64,000 bases of DNA, from the NCBI GenBank assembly GCA_964591165.1, contig CAZPZW010000001.1:46569-110568 (forward strand), in the 5' to 3' direction. Position 1 is the stretch's first letter. The number at the start of each line of letters is the position of its first letter. The stretch comes from an uncultured Thermoanaerobaculia bacterium (GTDB lineage Bacteria > Acidobacteriota > Thermoanaerobaculia > Multivoradales > JAGPDF01). This document shows, piece after piece, positions 19,188-29,093 of the stretch. The notes beneath the pieces were generated by a model. It was not told the origin of the DNA, ran no database searches, and worked only from the letters and a program-made list of their open reading frames with translations. The translations under genes and the position numbers were made by a program.

Positions 19188-21569
19188 ATGGGCCGGATCG
19201 ACCGCTATGTCGTCAAGGAGATCCTCGGGCCACTCGCTCTCGGATTCCTGGTCTACACCTTCATCCTCCTCCTTCAGTTCCTCTTCAGCTCCGCCGAGAT
19301 GATCATCCGGCGGGGCCTGCCGGTCCCGGTGGTTGGTCAGCTCGTCCTCTTCTCCTTACCCAACATCGTGGTGCTGACCATTCCCATGGCCCTGCTGCTC
19401 GGGGTGCTCGTCGGGGTCGGCCGCCTCGCATCGGACAGCGAGCTCGTCGCCCTGCGCGCCAGCGGCGTGAGCATCTACCGGCTGGCGCGGCCGGTCCTCG
19501 CCTTGGCGGCTGTTCTGACGCTCTTCAACGGGGCGCTGATGCTCTACCTCCTGCCGCGGGGCAATCACGCGGTCTCGCGGCTCTACCTCGACATCCTGAC
19601 CCGGACCGTGGGTCAGCAGGTCGAGGCGCGCGTCTTCTACAACGAATGGCAGGGCAAGGTGCTCTACGTGTTCGCCACCTCCGAGCGGGGCGAGGATTGG
19701 CGGGGAGTCTTCCTCGCCGACGCCGTGCCCAGCGACCGTCAGGAGGTCATCAACGCGAAGACGGGCCGGCTCCAGGTCGAGGCGGACGGGGAACGGGTGG
19801 TCCTGCAACTCCAGGACGCCATCAAGCACACTTTCGATTTTCGCGCCCCGAAGCGCTACGAGACCAGCCGCCACCAGACCCTGCGCATCGTCTTGCGCGA
19901 CCGGTTCCTCAGCACCGAGCGGGCCAAGCTCGTCCAGCGCAAGGGGCCGCGCGAGCTGGATCTCGGCGAGCTTCGCGCGCTGGCGCGCGCGGTCGACACC
20001 GACCCGGAGCAGCGCCGCCTGGCGCGGGTCGGGATCCAGAAGATGTTCGCCATTCCGGCCGCCTGCTTGGTTCTCGGGCTGCTCTCGCTGCCGCTCGCCT
20101 TCAACAACCGCCACGGGGGGCGCTCCTCCGGGTTCGCGCTGTCGATCGGGATCATCGTCGCGTACTACGTGCTGCTCTCGCAAGGCGAGGACGCCGCAAG
20201 ACTGGGTCGCATGAACCCCACCCTGGCGATGTGGCTGCCCAACCTTCTCTTCCTCGCGATCGGCGGAACTCTGATGGTGTTGCGGGACCGGGACCGTTCG
20301 ATCCTCCCCAGGCCGGCCGCCCGCTGGCTGTCCGCCCGGCTCGCCAGCCTGCGGCGGCGCCGCCTCCCTCGACCGGCGGCCTCCGAGGGCCCGCCGACCG
20401 CGACCCTCTCGACGTCGAGCAAGGAGCTCGCTCCGGTACGGCGGCGCCGGGTCATCCTGCGCGTTCCGCGATTGCGTCTGCGTTTTCCCAACCTCGTCGA
20501 CCGCTACGTGCTCAAGCAGTTCACCTCGATCCTGGTCCTGGTCTGGCTCTCGGCGACGGCGCTCGGCGTGATCGCCGACCTCACCGCCAATATCGACGAC
20601 ATTCTCAAGAACAACCCGCCGGCCGGGGTGATCGCCCGGTACTACAAGTACCTGGCTCTGCAGATGAGCTACGACATCGCGCCGATCGCCGTCCTGGTGA
20701 CGACGCTGGTCACTTTCAGCCTGCTCTCCCGCACCAACGAGGTCACCGCCCTGCGCTCGCTCGGCATCAGCCTCTTCCGGCTCTCCCTGCCGGCGATCGT
20801 CGGCGCGGCCGGTCTCGCGCTGCTCTGCACGATGCTCCAGCTCAGCGTCCTGCCCGCCTCCAATCAGAAACTCGAGGAGGCGAACGACCGGATCAAGGGG
20901 CGTACCAAGCCGCGCGCCGCGCGGCGCGCCGATCAGCAGTGGCTGATCGGCGAGGGGCGGTTCATCTACAACTACCTCAGCTTCGAACCCAGGAACCGCT
21001 CGTTCCAGCGCCTGCAGGTGTTCTCCTTCGACGACCGCCACGACCTCACGGGGCGCCTCTATGCCGCGTCGGCCCGGTACGGCGCCCGGGGGTGGGAGGT
21101 CGCCGAGGGATGGGCGCGGAGCTTCACCGGCATCTCCGAGACGAGCTTCCGTGCTTTCGCCGCGCCGGTCGCGATCGACCTGGACGAGTCGCCGAGCTAC
21201 TTCGAGGCGGAGGTGCGGAAGCCGAGCGAGATGGGCTTCGTCGAACTGCGCGACTACGTTCGCGAGGTACGCGACAGCGGACAGCCTGCGCCGCGCCTCG
21301 AGGTTGCATTGCAGAATCGGATCGCCTTCCCGTTCGCCTCGCTGGTCATGTCGCTGGTGGCGCTTCCCTTCGCTTTCCGGCTGGAGCGGCGCGGGGCGCT
21401 CTACGGACTGGGGGTCGCCGTCGCCCTGGGAATCGTCTTCATGGCGGTCTTCGCCTTCTTCCGCACGCTGGGCGAGGTCGGTTCCTTTCCAGCCATCGTC
21501 GCGGTCTGGAGCCCCAGCGTGATCTTCGGCCTGCTCTCGGCGTATCTCTTCCTCGGCGTGCGTAGCTGA
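19188..21569 (+). CDS. Fused LptF-LptG LPS export permease (two YjgP/YjgQ domains in one 793-aa ORF)
   Basis: Two tandem YjgP/YjgQ-type halves. Each begins with the characteristic (I/V)DRYV(V/L)K(E/Q) motif (residues 1-360 and about 440-793), and each has TM segments flanking a beta-jellyroll region. A perfect TATAAT (19171-19176) lies 11 nt upstream of the ATG. Confidence 0.75.
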   Translation: MGRIDRYVVKEILGPLALGFLVYTFILLLQFLFSSAEMIIRRGLPVPVVGQLVLFSLPNIVVLTIPMALLLGVLVGVGRLASDSELVALRASGVSIYRLARPVLALAAVLTLFNGALMLYLLPRGNHAVSRLYLDILTRTVGQQVEARVFYNEWQGKVLYVFATSERGEDWRGVFLADAVPSDRQEVINAKTGRLQVEADGERVVLQLQDAIKHTFDFRAPKRYETSRHQTLRIVLRDRFLSTERAKLVQRKGPRELDLGELRALARAVDTDPEQRRLARVGIQKMFAIPAACLVLGLLSLPLAFNNRHGGRSSGFALSIGIIVAYYVLLSQGEDAARLGRMNPTLAMWLPNLLFLAIGGTLMVLRDRDRSILPRPAARWLSARLASLRRRRLPRPAASEGPPTATLSTSSKELAPVRRRRVILRVPRLRLRFPNLVDRYVLKQFTSILVLVWLSATALGVIADLTANIDDILKNNPPAGVIARYYKYLALQMSYDIAPIAVLVTTLVTFSLLSRTNEVTALRSLGISLFRLSLPAIVGAAGLALLCTMLQLSVLPASNQKLEEANDRIKGRTKPRAARRADQQWLIGEGRFIYNYLSFEPRNRSFQRLQVFSFDDRHDLTGRLYAASARYGARGWEVAEGWARSFTGISETSFRAFAAPVAIDLDESPSYFEAEVRKPSEMGFVELRDYVREVRDSGQPAPRLEVALQNRIAFPFASLVMSLVALPFAFRLERRGALYGLGVAVALGIVFMAVFAFFRTLGEVGSFPAIVAVWSPSVIFGLLSAYLFLGVRS

Positions 21570-21602
21570 CGACCCGAGCCGCGCGCTCCCCCACCGCTCG
21601 AT

Positions 21603-23378
21603 TCACGCCTGCTGCAGCAGCGCCCTCGCCCGCTCCCGTCGCCGGTGGAAGAAGGCTCCGACCGCCTCGACGGAGAGGCAGTTGATCACGTGGTCGGGGG
21701 TCGCCAGCGCCTTGCGCGCGATCCCGACCCCGAAATCGACGTCGGCCAGGCCCTGGGGCGAGTGAGCGTCGGGATTGAGCGCCGTCCGGCAGCCGCGCGA
21801 CAGCCAGCCACGAAGTGGCCGCCAGTCGAGGTCGAGGCGAAGAGGATTCGAATTCAGCTCGACGACGACCTGGTTGGCGGCCGCCGCGTCGAGCACGCTG
21901 TCGAGATCGAGCGCGTAAGGCTCGCGCAGCAGCAGGAGCCGTCCCGTCGGGTGTCCGAGGAAAGTGACGCACGGGTGGCGAACCGCCCTGACGATCCGCG
22001 CGGTCATCGCCTCCTGGGTCAGGCCGAACCGGCTATGCACCGAAGCGACCACGAAATCGAAGCCGAGCAGGAGCTCGTCGGAGAAATCCAGCGATCCGTC
22101 GGCCAGGATGTCCACCTCGGTTCCCTTGAACAACCGAGGCGCCCGTCCAGCCGCATTCCATGCGTCGATAGCCTGCCACTGCTCGTGCACCCGCTCCGCG
22201 GAGAGACCGCCGGCATAGGCGGCGCTGCGCGAGTGATCGGCGATGCCAAGGTACTCCCAGCCGAGAGCCGCCGCGGCCTCGGCCATGGCCTCGAGCGAAG
22301 CGATGCCGTCGCTCCAGTCGGTGTGGACGTGGAGCGCCCCCCGGACATCCGGCGCCTCGACCAGACGCGGCAGCTCCGCACCCGCGGCGAGCGCGATCTC
22401 GCCCAGCCCTTCGCGCGCCTCTGGTGGGATGTAGGAGAGCCCCAGGCGCCGGTAGATGGCCGCCTCGGAGTCGGTCTTGCCGAGCCGCTTCTCGCCGGCG
22501 AACAGGCCGTACTCATTGAGCGTCCAGCCCCGCTCCTTGGCCCGCCCCCGCAGCTCGACGTTATGCTCCTTGCTGCCCGTGAAATGCAGCAGCGCCGCGG
22601 CGAACTCCTGCGCCTCGACCATGCGCAGGTCGGCGCGATAGCCATCGGTCAGGCGCACCGCCGCCTTGGTCGCGCCCTGCTCGATCACCTCCTCGACGGC
22701 GGGAGCCGCGGTGAAGTGCGCCACCAAGCCGGTGCGGTCGCCCTCCGGAATCTCGGCCAGCAGATCGATGTCACCGATCGTCTCTCTCGCGCGTCGCAGG
22801 CTCCCGGCGATCTCCACTCGCGCCACCGAGGGGTGAGCCGAGAGGTAGGCCGCGAGCTCCATCGCCACGGCGCGCGCGTCGGGGAACAGGTGTCGCTCGC
22901 GGAATTTCTCGAGGCGGGCGAGGCCGGCGAGGAGCTTCTCGGCACTCTTCTCGCCGAAGCCCGGCAAACCCGCCACGCGGCCGTCCCGGCAGGCGCGCTC
23001 GAGCGCGGCCGGCGAGTCGACGCCGAACGCCGCGATGAGCTGCCGCAGACGCTTCGGGCCGAGGCCCGGCACCCGCAACAGATCGAGAACTCCCTTGGCG
23101 TAGATCGCTTTCAGGGAGTCGTGCAGGCTCAGTCGGCCGGTCTGTACGATCTCGGCGATGGCGCTCACCAGTCCGGGGCCGATCCCGCGCACTTCACCGA
23201 GAAGGCCCTGCTCCAGCAGCTCCTGGGGATCCTCGGCGAGGCCCTCGATCGCCCGAGCGCCGTTGCTGTAAGCCCGGCTGCGGAACGGATTCTCGCCCTG
23301 CAGCTCGAGGAGGTCGCCGGTCTCGCGCAGCAAGGAGGCGATCGCCGACCGGTCGATGCCGGGCGCCGGCGAGGTCAC
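21603..23378 (-). CDS. polX: DNA polymerase X family protein with C-terminal PHP phosphoesterase domain
   Basis: N-terminal Pol beta-like HhH/nucleotidyltransferase region (GENPFRSRAY...GSLRRARETIGDIDLL) and PHP motifs (LHVHTDWSDG). Start placed at GTG 23378 to avoid a 44-nt overlap with metK; the ATG at 23432 is the alternative. Confidence 0.78.
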   Translation of the reverse strand: MTSPAPGIDRSAIASLLRETGDLLELQGENPFRSRAYSNGARAIEGLAEDPQELLEQGLLGEVRGIGPGLVSAIAEIVQTGRLSLHDSLKAIYAKGVLDLLRVPGLGPKRLRQLIAAFGVDSPAALERACRDGRVAGLPGFGEKSAEKLLAGLARLEKFRERHLFPDARAVAMELAAYLSAHPSVARVEIAGSLRRARETIGDIDLLAEIPEGDRTGLVAHFTAAPAVEEVIEQGATKAAVRLTDGYRADLRMVEAQEFAAALLHFTGSKEHNVELRGRAKERGWTLNEYGLFAGEKRLGKTDSEAAIYRRLGLSYIPPEAREGLGEIALAAGAELPRLVEAPDVRGALHVHTDWSDGIASLEAMAEAAAALGWEYLGIADHSRSAAYAGGLSAERVHEQWQAIDAWNAAGRAPRLFKGTEVDILADGSLDFSDELLLGFDFVVASVHSRFGLTQEAMTARIVRAVRHPCVTFLGHPTGRLLLLREPYALDLDSVLDAAAANQVVVELNSNPLRLDLDWRPLRGWLSRGCRTALNPDAHSPQGLADVDFGVGIARKALATPDHVINCLSVEAVGAFFHRRRERARALLQQA

Positions 23379-23388
23379 GATCCGGAGC

Positions 23389-24567
23389 TCAGCCGGCCAG
23401 GGCCGGGATCTCGCCGCGTAGGCCAGCGGCACTGCGCAGTTCGGCGGCGCGCTCGACCGTCTCCCAGGTGAAGCCGGGCTCCTCGCGGCCGAAGTGTCCG
23501 TAGGCGGCCGTCTGACGATAGATCGGCCGCCGCAGGTCGAGGTACTCGATGATCTCGCGCGGCGTCAGCCCGAAGCTGTCACGCACCAGGCGCTCGAGGG
23601 TCGCCTCGGGAACCACTCCGGTAGCGAAGGTGTCGACGCGCACGGAAACCGGCTCCGAGATACCGATCGCGTAGGCGAGCTGCACTTCGGCGCGCTCGGC
23701 CAGTCCGGCCGCGACCAGCGCCTTGGCCACGTGACGGGCCATGTAGCAGGCCGAACGATCGACTTTCGTCGGGTCCTTGCCCGAGAAGGCGCCACCGCCG
23801 TGCCGGCCGTAGCCGCCATAGGTGTCGACGATGATCTTTCGCCCGGTGAGCCCGGCGTCCCCGTGCGGGCCCCCGATGACGAAGCTGCCGGTCGGATTGA
23901 CGTGGAAGATGGTGCGCGAATCGATCCACTCCGAGCTCACCACCGGGCGGATGATCCGTTCGATGACCTCGCGGCGGATCTCGGCCTGCTGCATGTCCGG
24001 AGCATGCTGAGTCGAGAGGACCACCGTGTGGACGCGCAGCGGCCGGCCCTCCGCGTACTCGACGGTGACTTGGCTCTTGCCGTCCGGTCGCAGCCAGTCC
24101 ACCTCCTGGGCGCGGCGCGCCTCGGCCAGGCGGCGGGTCAGCCCGTGCGCCAGCATGATCGGCAGGGGCATGAGCTGCGGAGTCTCGCGGCAGGCGAACC
24201 CGAACATCAGGCCCTGGTCTCCCGCCCCCCCCGTGTCGACGCCCATGGCGATGTCAGGCGACTGCTTGCCCACGGCGGTGATCACCGCGCTGCCGTCGGC
24301 GTCGAAGCCGAGCCCGCGTTGGGTGTAACCGATCTCGCGCACCGTGTCCCTGGCGATACGGGTGAAGTCGATGCTCGCGGTGGTGGTGATCTCCCCGGCG
24401 AGCATGACCAGGCCGGTGGTGACCAGGGTTTCGCAAGCCACCCGCCCGTACGGGTCCTGGCTGAGGACCGCGTCCAGTACGGCATCGGAGATTTGATCGC
24501 AGACCTTGTCGGGATGGCCTTCGGTGACCGACTCGGAGGTGAACAGATTGGCGTCGCGAGAGCTCAT
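23389..24567 (-). CDS. metK: S-adenosylmethionine synthetase
   Basis: Canonical MetK N-terminus ([21 protein letters not shown]) and GGGAFSGKD motif. 392 aa. Confidence 0.93.
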   Translation of the reverse strand: MSSRDANLFTSESVTEGHPDKVCDQISDAVLDAVLSQDPYGRVACETLVTTGLVMLAGEITTTASIDFTRIARDTVREIGYTQRGLGFDADGSAVITAVGKQSPDIAMGVDTGGAGDQGLMFGFACRETPQLMPLPIMLAHGLTRRLAEARRAQEVDWLRPDGKSQVTVEYAEGRPLRVHTVVLSTQHAPDMQQAEIRREVIERIIRPVVSSEWIDSRTIFHVNPTGSFVIGGPHGDAGLTGRKIIVDTYGGYGRHGGGAFSGKDPTKVDRSACYMARHVAKALVAAGLAERAEVQLAYAIGISEPVSVRVDTFATGVVPEATLERLVRDSFGLTPREIIEYLDLRRPIYRQTAAYGHFGREEPGFTWETVERAAELRSAAGLRGEIPALAG

Positions 24568-24622
24568 GAGTTCCTCGTCACGGCCAGCCGGCCGGTTGAT
24601 CCGCGCATGCTATCAGACGCGG

Positions 24623-25222
24623 TCAGCGCCTGCTGCCGCCGTGGCTCTCGAGAATGCCGAAGAACTTGGTGGAGAGCGCGTGGACCGTGGCTGCGGCGAT
24701 CGCGCTGCGCCGCGTCTCCAGTCCACCGCTGAGCGAGTTCAGGATGCCGCCGCTACGTCGGGTCCCCGGCAACGACGACGGCACCTGGTCGGCCGTCAGA
24801 CCGTCGACCAGGTGCGACGGCAGTTGCAGCGAGCCGCTCGAGCCGAAGGTCTCCCCCCCGACGCCCCGCAACACCACCCAGCTGCGCACGAAGAAGTGGA
24901 TCTTGCCGTCCACCTCCAGCGAGTGCAGGCCCCCCTCGGCCGCGAGGTAGAAGTGGTAGACGCCGGGGAGCTTCTCCTCGAGCTCGCGGGCCGCGCGCCG
25001 CGCGCGGTCGATCGCCTCCTCGTCGGAGAGCGAGAGCCCCCAGGCCCGCGCTTCGCCCTCCTGCGGCACGACCGCCACCGGCATCGACCGCCCGAGCCCG
25101 TCCTGAAAGAAGCGGCGAAAGGCCTCCCGCACGCCGAGCAGAGTCTCCGCGCCCCCTCCGGCGACGCAGACTTCGATGCCGCGTTGGAATTGTCCGAGGA
25201 ACTGCCTAAGATGCTGCGCCAT
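24623..25222 (-). CDS. YjjX-like inosine/xanthosine triphosphatase (DUF84, Maf/Ham1 superfamily), tentative
   Basis: Alignment to E. coli YjjX recalled from memory: VAVVPQEGEARAWG...AIDRARRAAR, AAEGGL...SWVVL...LQLP. Start at MAQHL (25222). The upstream part of the ORF-track entry is low-complexity shadow. Confidence 0.5.
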   Translation of the reverse strand: MAQHLRQFLGQFQRGIEVCVAGGGAETLLGVREAFRRFFQDGLGRSMPVAVVPQEGEARAWGLSLSDEEAIDRARRAARELEEKLPGVYHFYLAAEGGLHSLEVDGKIHFFVRSWVVLRGVGGETFGSSGSLQLPSHLVDGLTADQVPSSLPGTRRSGGILNSLSGGLETRRSAIAAATVHALSTKFFGILESHGGSRR

Positions 25223-26024
25223 GATCGTCAGCCCGCGCAACGAGACGATCAAGACTATTCGTCGCCTGCGGCGAAGTAAAGGCTCGCACGCCCTGCTCGA
25301 GGGTCCGAACCTGGTCGGCGAGGCGCTCACCCTCGGCCTGCCGCTCGACAGAGTCCTGGTCACCCCCGACTTCCTGGCACGCGCCCCGGGCCAGGCACTC
25401 GCCGAGCGCCTCGACCGGCCGCCGCTCCTGGTCGCCGCCGAGGTGCTCGAGGGGCTCAGCGAGGCCGATTCGCCGCGCGGCATCCTGGCGATCGCCGATC
25501 TTCCCCGCTCCGGTGTCGAAGCGCTCGCGGGAACGGCCCCGGGGGTCTGGCTCTATCTGGACACGGTGCAGGATCCCGGCAACGTCGGGGCGCTCGCCCG
25601 CGTCGCCGAGGGTCTGGGAGCGACCGGCCTGCTGCTCTCGCCCGGCTGCGCCGACGTCAATCACCCGCGGGCCCTGCGCGCCTCGGCTGGGAGCCTCCTC
25701 CGCCTGCCGGTGGCGGTCTCGGCCCGGCCGGAGGAGGTCGACCGCGCTCTCGGACGGCCCTGCTCCCTCTGCTGGGTCGGACTGGAGGCGCACGGCGCAA
25801 GCCCCACCCTGGAGAGCCTCGTAGCGGCTCTGCCGCTCGTCGTCGCGCTGGGATCGGAGGGCGGGGGGCTCGCCCCGCAGACGCGCGCCCGCCTCGACGT
25901 CGCGGTGACCATTCCGCTGGCCGGACGGCTCGAGTCGTTGAACGTGGCGGTGGCCGCGGCGCTCGTTCTATACGAGATCCAGCGCCGCGGTCCCGCTCCG
26001 GTCAGCTCTCGCGCAGCGCCTTGA
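25221..26024 (+). CDS. TrmH/SpoU-family RNA 2'-O-methyltransferase
   Basis: SPOUT motifs (LDTVQDPGNVGALAR, ALGSEGGGL, SLNVAVAAALVLYE). The TrmH-like N-terminus (IVSPRNETIKTIRRLRR) supports the ATG at 25221. Confidence 0.75.
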   Translation: MIVSPRNETIKTIRRLRRSKGSHALLEGPNLVGEALTLGLPLDRVLVTPDFLARAPGQALAERLDRPPLLVAAEVLEGLSEADSPRGILAIADLPRSGVEALAGTAPGVWLYLDTVQDPGNVGALARVAEGLGATGLLLSPGCADVNHPRALRASAGSLLRLPVAVSARPEEVDRALGRPCSLCWVGLEAHGASPTLESLVAALPLVVALGSEGGGLAPQTRARLDVAVTIPLAGRLESLNVAVAAALVLYEIQRRGPAPVSSRAAP

Positions 26025-26979
26025 GCAGCGCCGGAACGACTTCGTGCAGGTCGCCGACGATGCCGTAGCTGGCGACCTTGAAGATGGGCGCGCCGGCGTC
26101 TTTGTTGACCGCCGCGATGCAGGTCGAACCCTTCATCCCCACCAGGTGCTGGATGGCGCCCGAGATCCCCAGGGCGAGGTACAGCTTCGGCGCGACGGTC
26201 TGGCCGCTCGAACCGATCTGGCGCTCGCGCGGCAGCCAGCCGTTGTCGATCACCGGCCGGCTCGCCCCCAGCTCGGCGCGCAGCTCCTTGGCGAGCTCTT
26301 GCGCCGGACCGAGCTTGTCGGCGCCGCCGACGCCCCGCCCCACGGCCACGATGACGTCCGCCTTGGTGAGATCGACCTCGCCGCCCCCCGCCTGAACCAC
26401 CCCCAGGATCTCGCGCCCGGTCGCGATCGTGGCGAGCTCCACCGCGAGCGGGCGCACCGGCGCCGAGCCGGGGCGGCGAGCGTCCGCCGAGAACGCGCCG
26501 GCCTGCAGCGAGACGATCACCGCTCCGCTCCCACGAACGCGGACGCTGGCTTGCAGCTTGCCCTCCAGGATGGGACGCTTCCAGACCAGTCCTCCCGCCC
26601 CGTCCGCTGCGAAGGAGATCGCCTCGGGCAGCAGCGCCGCGCCGGTCGCCTGGGCGAGGCGCGCGCCGTACTCGACGGACTGATAGGTATGGGGCAGCAG
26701 GACGAAATCCGGAGCCTCGGCCGCCATCCCAGCGGCGAGCACGGTGGCGTAGCCGCCTGGGGTGTACTGCGCGAGCGCACGGTGGTCGATCAGGCGAACG
26801 GCGGCGAGGTCGTGAGCTGCCACCTCGCTCGCCAGCGTCGCGACGTCGTGACCCAGCAGCACGGCTTCCGCTCCGCCCCCCAACGTCGCGGCGAGCTCCT
26901 GCGCCGCGGCGATGCACTCCCAGGAACCGCGATGCAGCTTGCCGTCGCGGTGTTGCAGGACCGCCCAGATCTTCGCCAT
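26002..26979 (-). CDS. etfA: Electron transfer flavoprotein alpha subunit
   Basis: EtfA N-terminal and FAD-binding C-terminal domain (PKLYLALGISGAIQHLVGM). Confidence 0.88.
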   Translation of the reverse strand: MAKIWAVLQHRDGKLHRGSWECIAAAQELAATLGGGAEAVLLGHDVATLASEVAAHDLAAVRLIDHRALAQYTPGGYATVLAAGMAAEAPDFVLLPHTYQSVEYGARLAQATGAALLPEAISFAADGAGGLVWKRPILEGKLQASVRVRGSGAVIVSLQAGAFSADARRPGSAPVRPLAVELATIATGREILGVVQAGGGEVDLTKADVIVAVGRGVGGADKLGPAQELAKELRAELGASRPVIDNGWLPRERQIGSSGQTVAPKLYLALGISGAIQHLVGMKGSTCIAAVNKDAGAPIFKVASYGIVGDLHEVVPALLKALRES

Positions 26980-27770
26980 CAGATCACCCTCGCTTCGTTG
27001 CGCAACTTGTCGATCAGCGCCTTGGCCGCAGTCGCGGCGTCACCGCCGAGGATCTGCGCGCTCCCGGCGGCCTCCGGGAACGCCACCGAGATCGTCTCGA
27101 GCCGGGAGGCGGCCCTTCCCACCGCGTCTTCGGCTAACCCGAGATCGGCCGGCGCGACCTCCTCGATCTCCTTTTTCTTCGCCGCCATGATGCCCTTGAG
27201 CGAGGCGTAGCGCGGATGGTTGAGGCCGGCCTGGATCTCGAGCACCGCCGGCAGGCGCAGGCGGAAGACTTCGTTCATGCCGCTCTCCATCTCGCGGGTG
27301 ACCTTGAGCGTTCCCTCGGCCTCGAGCTCGACGCCCATCACCAACCACGCGTGCGGCCAGTCCAGGTGCCCAGCGATCACCGTGCCGGTCGCACCGAACC
27401 CCAAGTCGTCCGACTGCGAGCCGGTCAGCACCAGCTCGCACCGCTCGCGAGCGATCGCGGCGGCAAGCGCCCGGCCGGTCGCCAAGGCATCGCCGCCCAT
27501 GAAGGCCTCGTGGCGCAGGTGTACCGCGCGCTGGGCGCCGAGCGCCAGCGCCTTGCGCAGCGCCTCGCGGACCCGCTCGGGCCCGAGGCTGATCGCCACC
27601 ACCTCTCCGCCGGTCGTCTCGGCGATCCGCAGCGCCTCCTCGAGCGCGTATTCGTCGCTCTCGTTGATCACGAACTGGAGGTCGTCCTCCTCGATCCACC
27701 GCCCGTCACCCGCCACCTTGAGGCGAGCTTCCGTGTCGGGGACCTGCTTGATGCAGACTGCGATCTTCAT
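26979..27770 (-). CDS. etfB: Electron transfer flavoprotein beta subunit
   Basis: MKIAVCIKQVPDTEARLKV... is a canonical EtfB start. 1-nt stop/start overlap with etfA. Confidence 0.88.
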   Translation of the reverse strand: MKIAVCIKQVPDTEARLKVAGDGRWIEEDDLQFVINESDEYALEEALRIAETTGGEVVAISLGPERVREALRKALALGAQRAVHLRHEAFMGGDALATGRALAAAIARERCELVLTGSQSDDLGFGATGTVIAGHLDWPHAWLVMGVELEAEGTLKVTREMESGMNEVFRLRLPAVLEIQAGLNHPRYASLKGIMAAKKKEIEEVAPADLGLAEDAVGRAASRLETISVAFPEAAGSAQILGGDAATAAKALIDKLRNEARVI

Positions 27771-27925
27771 GCTTCGCTCCTCCTCGCGCGTGGTTGCGCC
27801 CGCGAAAGCTTATCCGCAGCGCCTCGCGGATCCAACGTTCCCGCGGCCGGACTAGGCGCCGCCGCCGGCTCAGCGCCGTGGACAGTTTTCGCCGCAGCAT
27901 GTTAGGTTGTCGCGATCGGCCCCTC

Positions 27926-28660
27926 ATGACCACCTTACCGCTCGCTCCGACCGCCCTCTTGGCTCAGACGCTTCCCGCCGGCGGCGAGGGAATCCTCGCG
28001 GCGTTCTCGCGCTCCGGACCGATGGCCCAGGCCGTCCTCGGTCTGCTCCTGCTCTTCTCGATCGGCTCCTGGGCGATTCTCGTCTGGAAGCTGCTCCACC
28101 TGCGGCGCGCGACGGCGCACAGCCACAAGTTCCTCGAAATCTTCCGCGGCAGCAAGCGATTCAGCGAGGTGAGCGCGGCCACCGCCAAGGTCTCGGCGTC
28201 GCCGCTGGTCGGGATCTTCCAGGCCGGGTACGCCGAGATCGACCACCAGATCCGCGCTCAGCCGGAAGAGGCGTCGCCACGCGGGCAGTTTCGCATCCGT
28301 TCGCTCACCGCGGTCGAGCGGACCCTGCGCCGGGCGCTGACCGGCGAGCTGCGCGGCCTGACCCGCGGCGCCCAGTTCCTCGGCACGACCGCCGCGGTCA
28401 CCCCGTTCATCGGCCTCTTCGGCACCGTCTGGGGCATCATGCGCGCCTTCGAGGACATCGGGCGAACCGGATCGACCTCGCTCGTCGCGGTCGCGCCGGG
28501 AATCGCCGAGGCGCTGATCAACACGGCGGCCGGCCTGGGCGCGGCCATCCCGGCGCTCATCGGATACAACTACCTCGGCGGACGATTCAAGCACCTACGC
28601 CAGCAGATGGACGACTTCGCCCTGGAGTTCATGAATCTCACCGAGCGGAACTTCACCTGA
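27926..28660 (+). CDS. tolQ: Tol-Pal system protein TolQ (MotA/TolQ/ExbB proton channel family)
   Basis: Three TM helices and the C-terminal MotA/TolQ/ExbB signature (FIGLFGTVWGIMRAF...IAEALINTAAGL). First gene of the tolQRAB-pal-cpoB cluster. Confidence 0.85.
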   Translation: MTTLPLAPTALLAQTLPAGGEGILAAFSRSGPMAQAVLGLLLLFSIGSWAILVWKLLHLRRATAHSHKFLEIFRGSKRFSEVSAATAKVSASPLVGIFQAGYAEIDHQIRAQPEEASPRGQFRIRSLTAVERTLRRALTGELRGLTRGAQFLGTTAAVTPFIGLFGTVWGIMRAFEDIGRTGSTSLVAVAPGIAEALINTAAGLGAAIPALIGYNYLGGRFKHLRQQMDDFALEFMNLTERNFT

Positions 28661-29091
28661 TGGCGCTCCACGCCGCGCAGATCGAGGAAGACGAGCCGAT
28701 CCTCGCCGAGATCAACATCACCCCGCTGGTCGACGTCATGCTCGTGCTGCTCATCATCTTCATGATCACCGCCCCGATGCTGCATCACGGCATCGAGGTC
28801 GCTCTCCCCAAGTCCGACGCTCCCGCGCTCCCCTTCCGCAACGAAGATCCGGTCGTGCTCTCGATCAACCGCGCCGGCATGATCTACCTCAAGGACCGCC
28901 CGATCCACCCCACCAAGCTGGTGGAGGTCGTGACCCCGTTGCTGCGCGGTCGCGCCGAGGAGACAGTCTTCCTCAAGGGGGACCGCGACGTGCCGTACGG
29001 GAAGATCATGGAGATCCTCGACACGCTGAATCGCGGCGGCATCGCGAAAGTCGGCATGGTCACCGAGCGTCCGGAGCCGTCCCGCCGCTGA
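28660..29091 (+). CDS. tolR: Tol-Pal system protein TolR (ExbD/TolR family)
   Basis: INITPLVDVMLVLLIIFMITAP TM segment and ExbD/TolR periplasmic domain. TGATG overlap with tolQ. Confidence 0.85.
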   Translation: MALHAAQIEEDEPILAEINITPLVDVMLVLLIIFMITAPMLHHGIEVALPKSDAPALPFRNEDPVVLSINRAGMIYLKDRPIHPTKLVEVVTPLLRGRAEETVFLKGDRDVPYGKIMEILDTLNRGGIAKVGMVTERPEPSRR

Positions 29092-29093
29092 CG

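Noticed and set aside
24568-24622. Possible SAM riboswitch upstream of metK
   Set aside because: Only 55 nt separate metK from the upstream gene. No SAM-I/SAM-II conserved cores were recognisable; only a short GC hairpin (CGGCC-GGCU-GGCCG).
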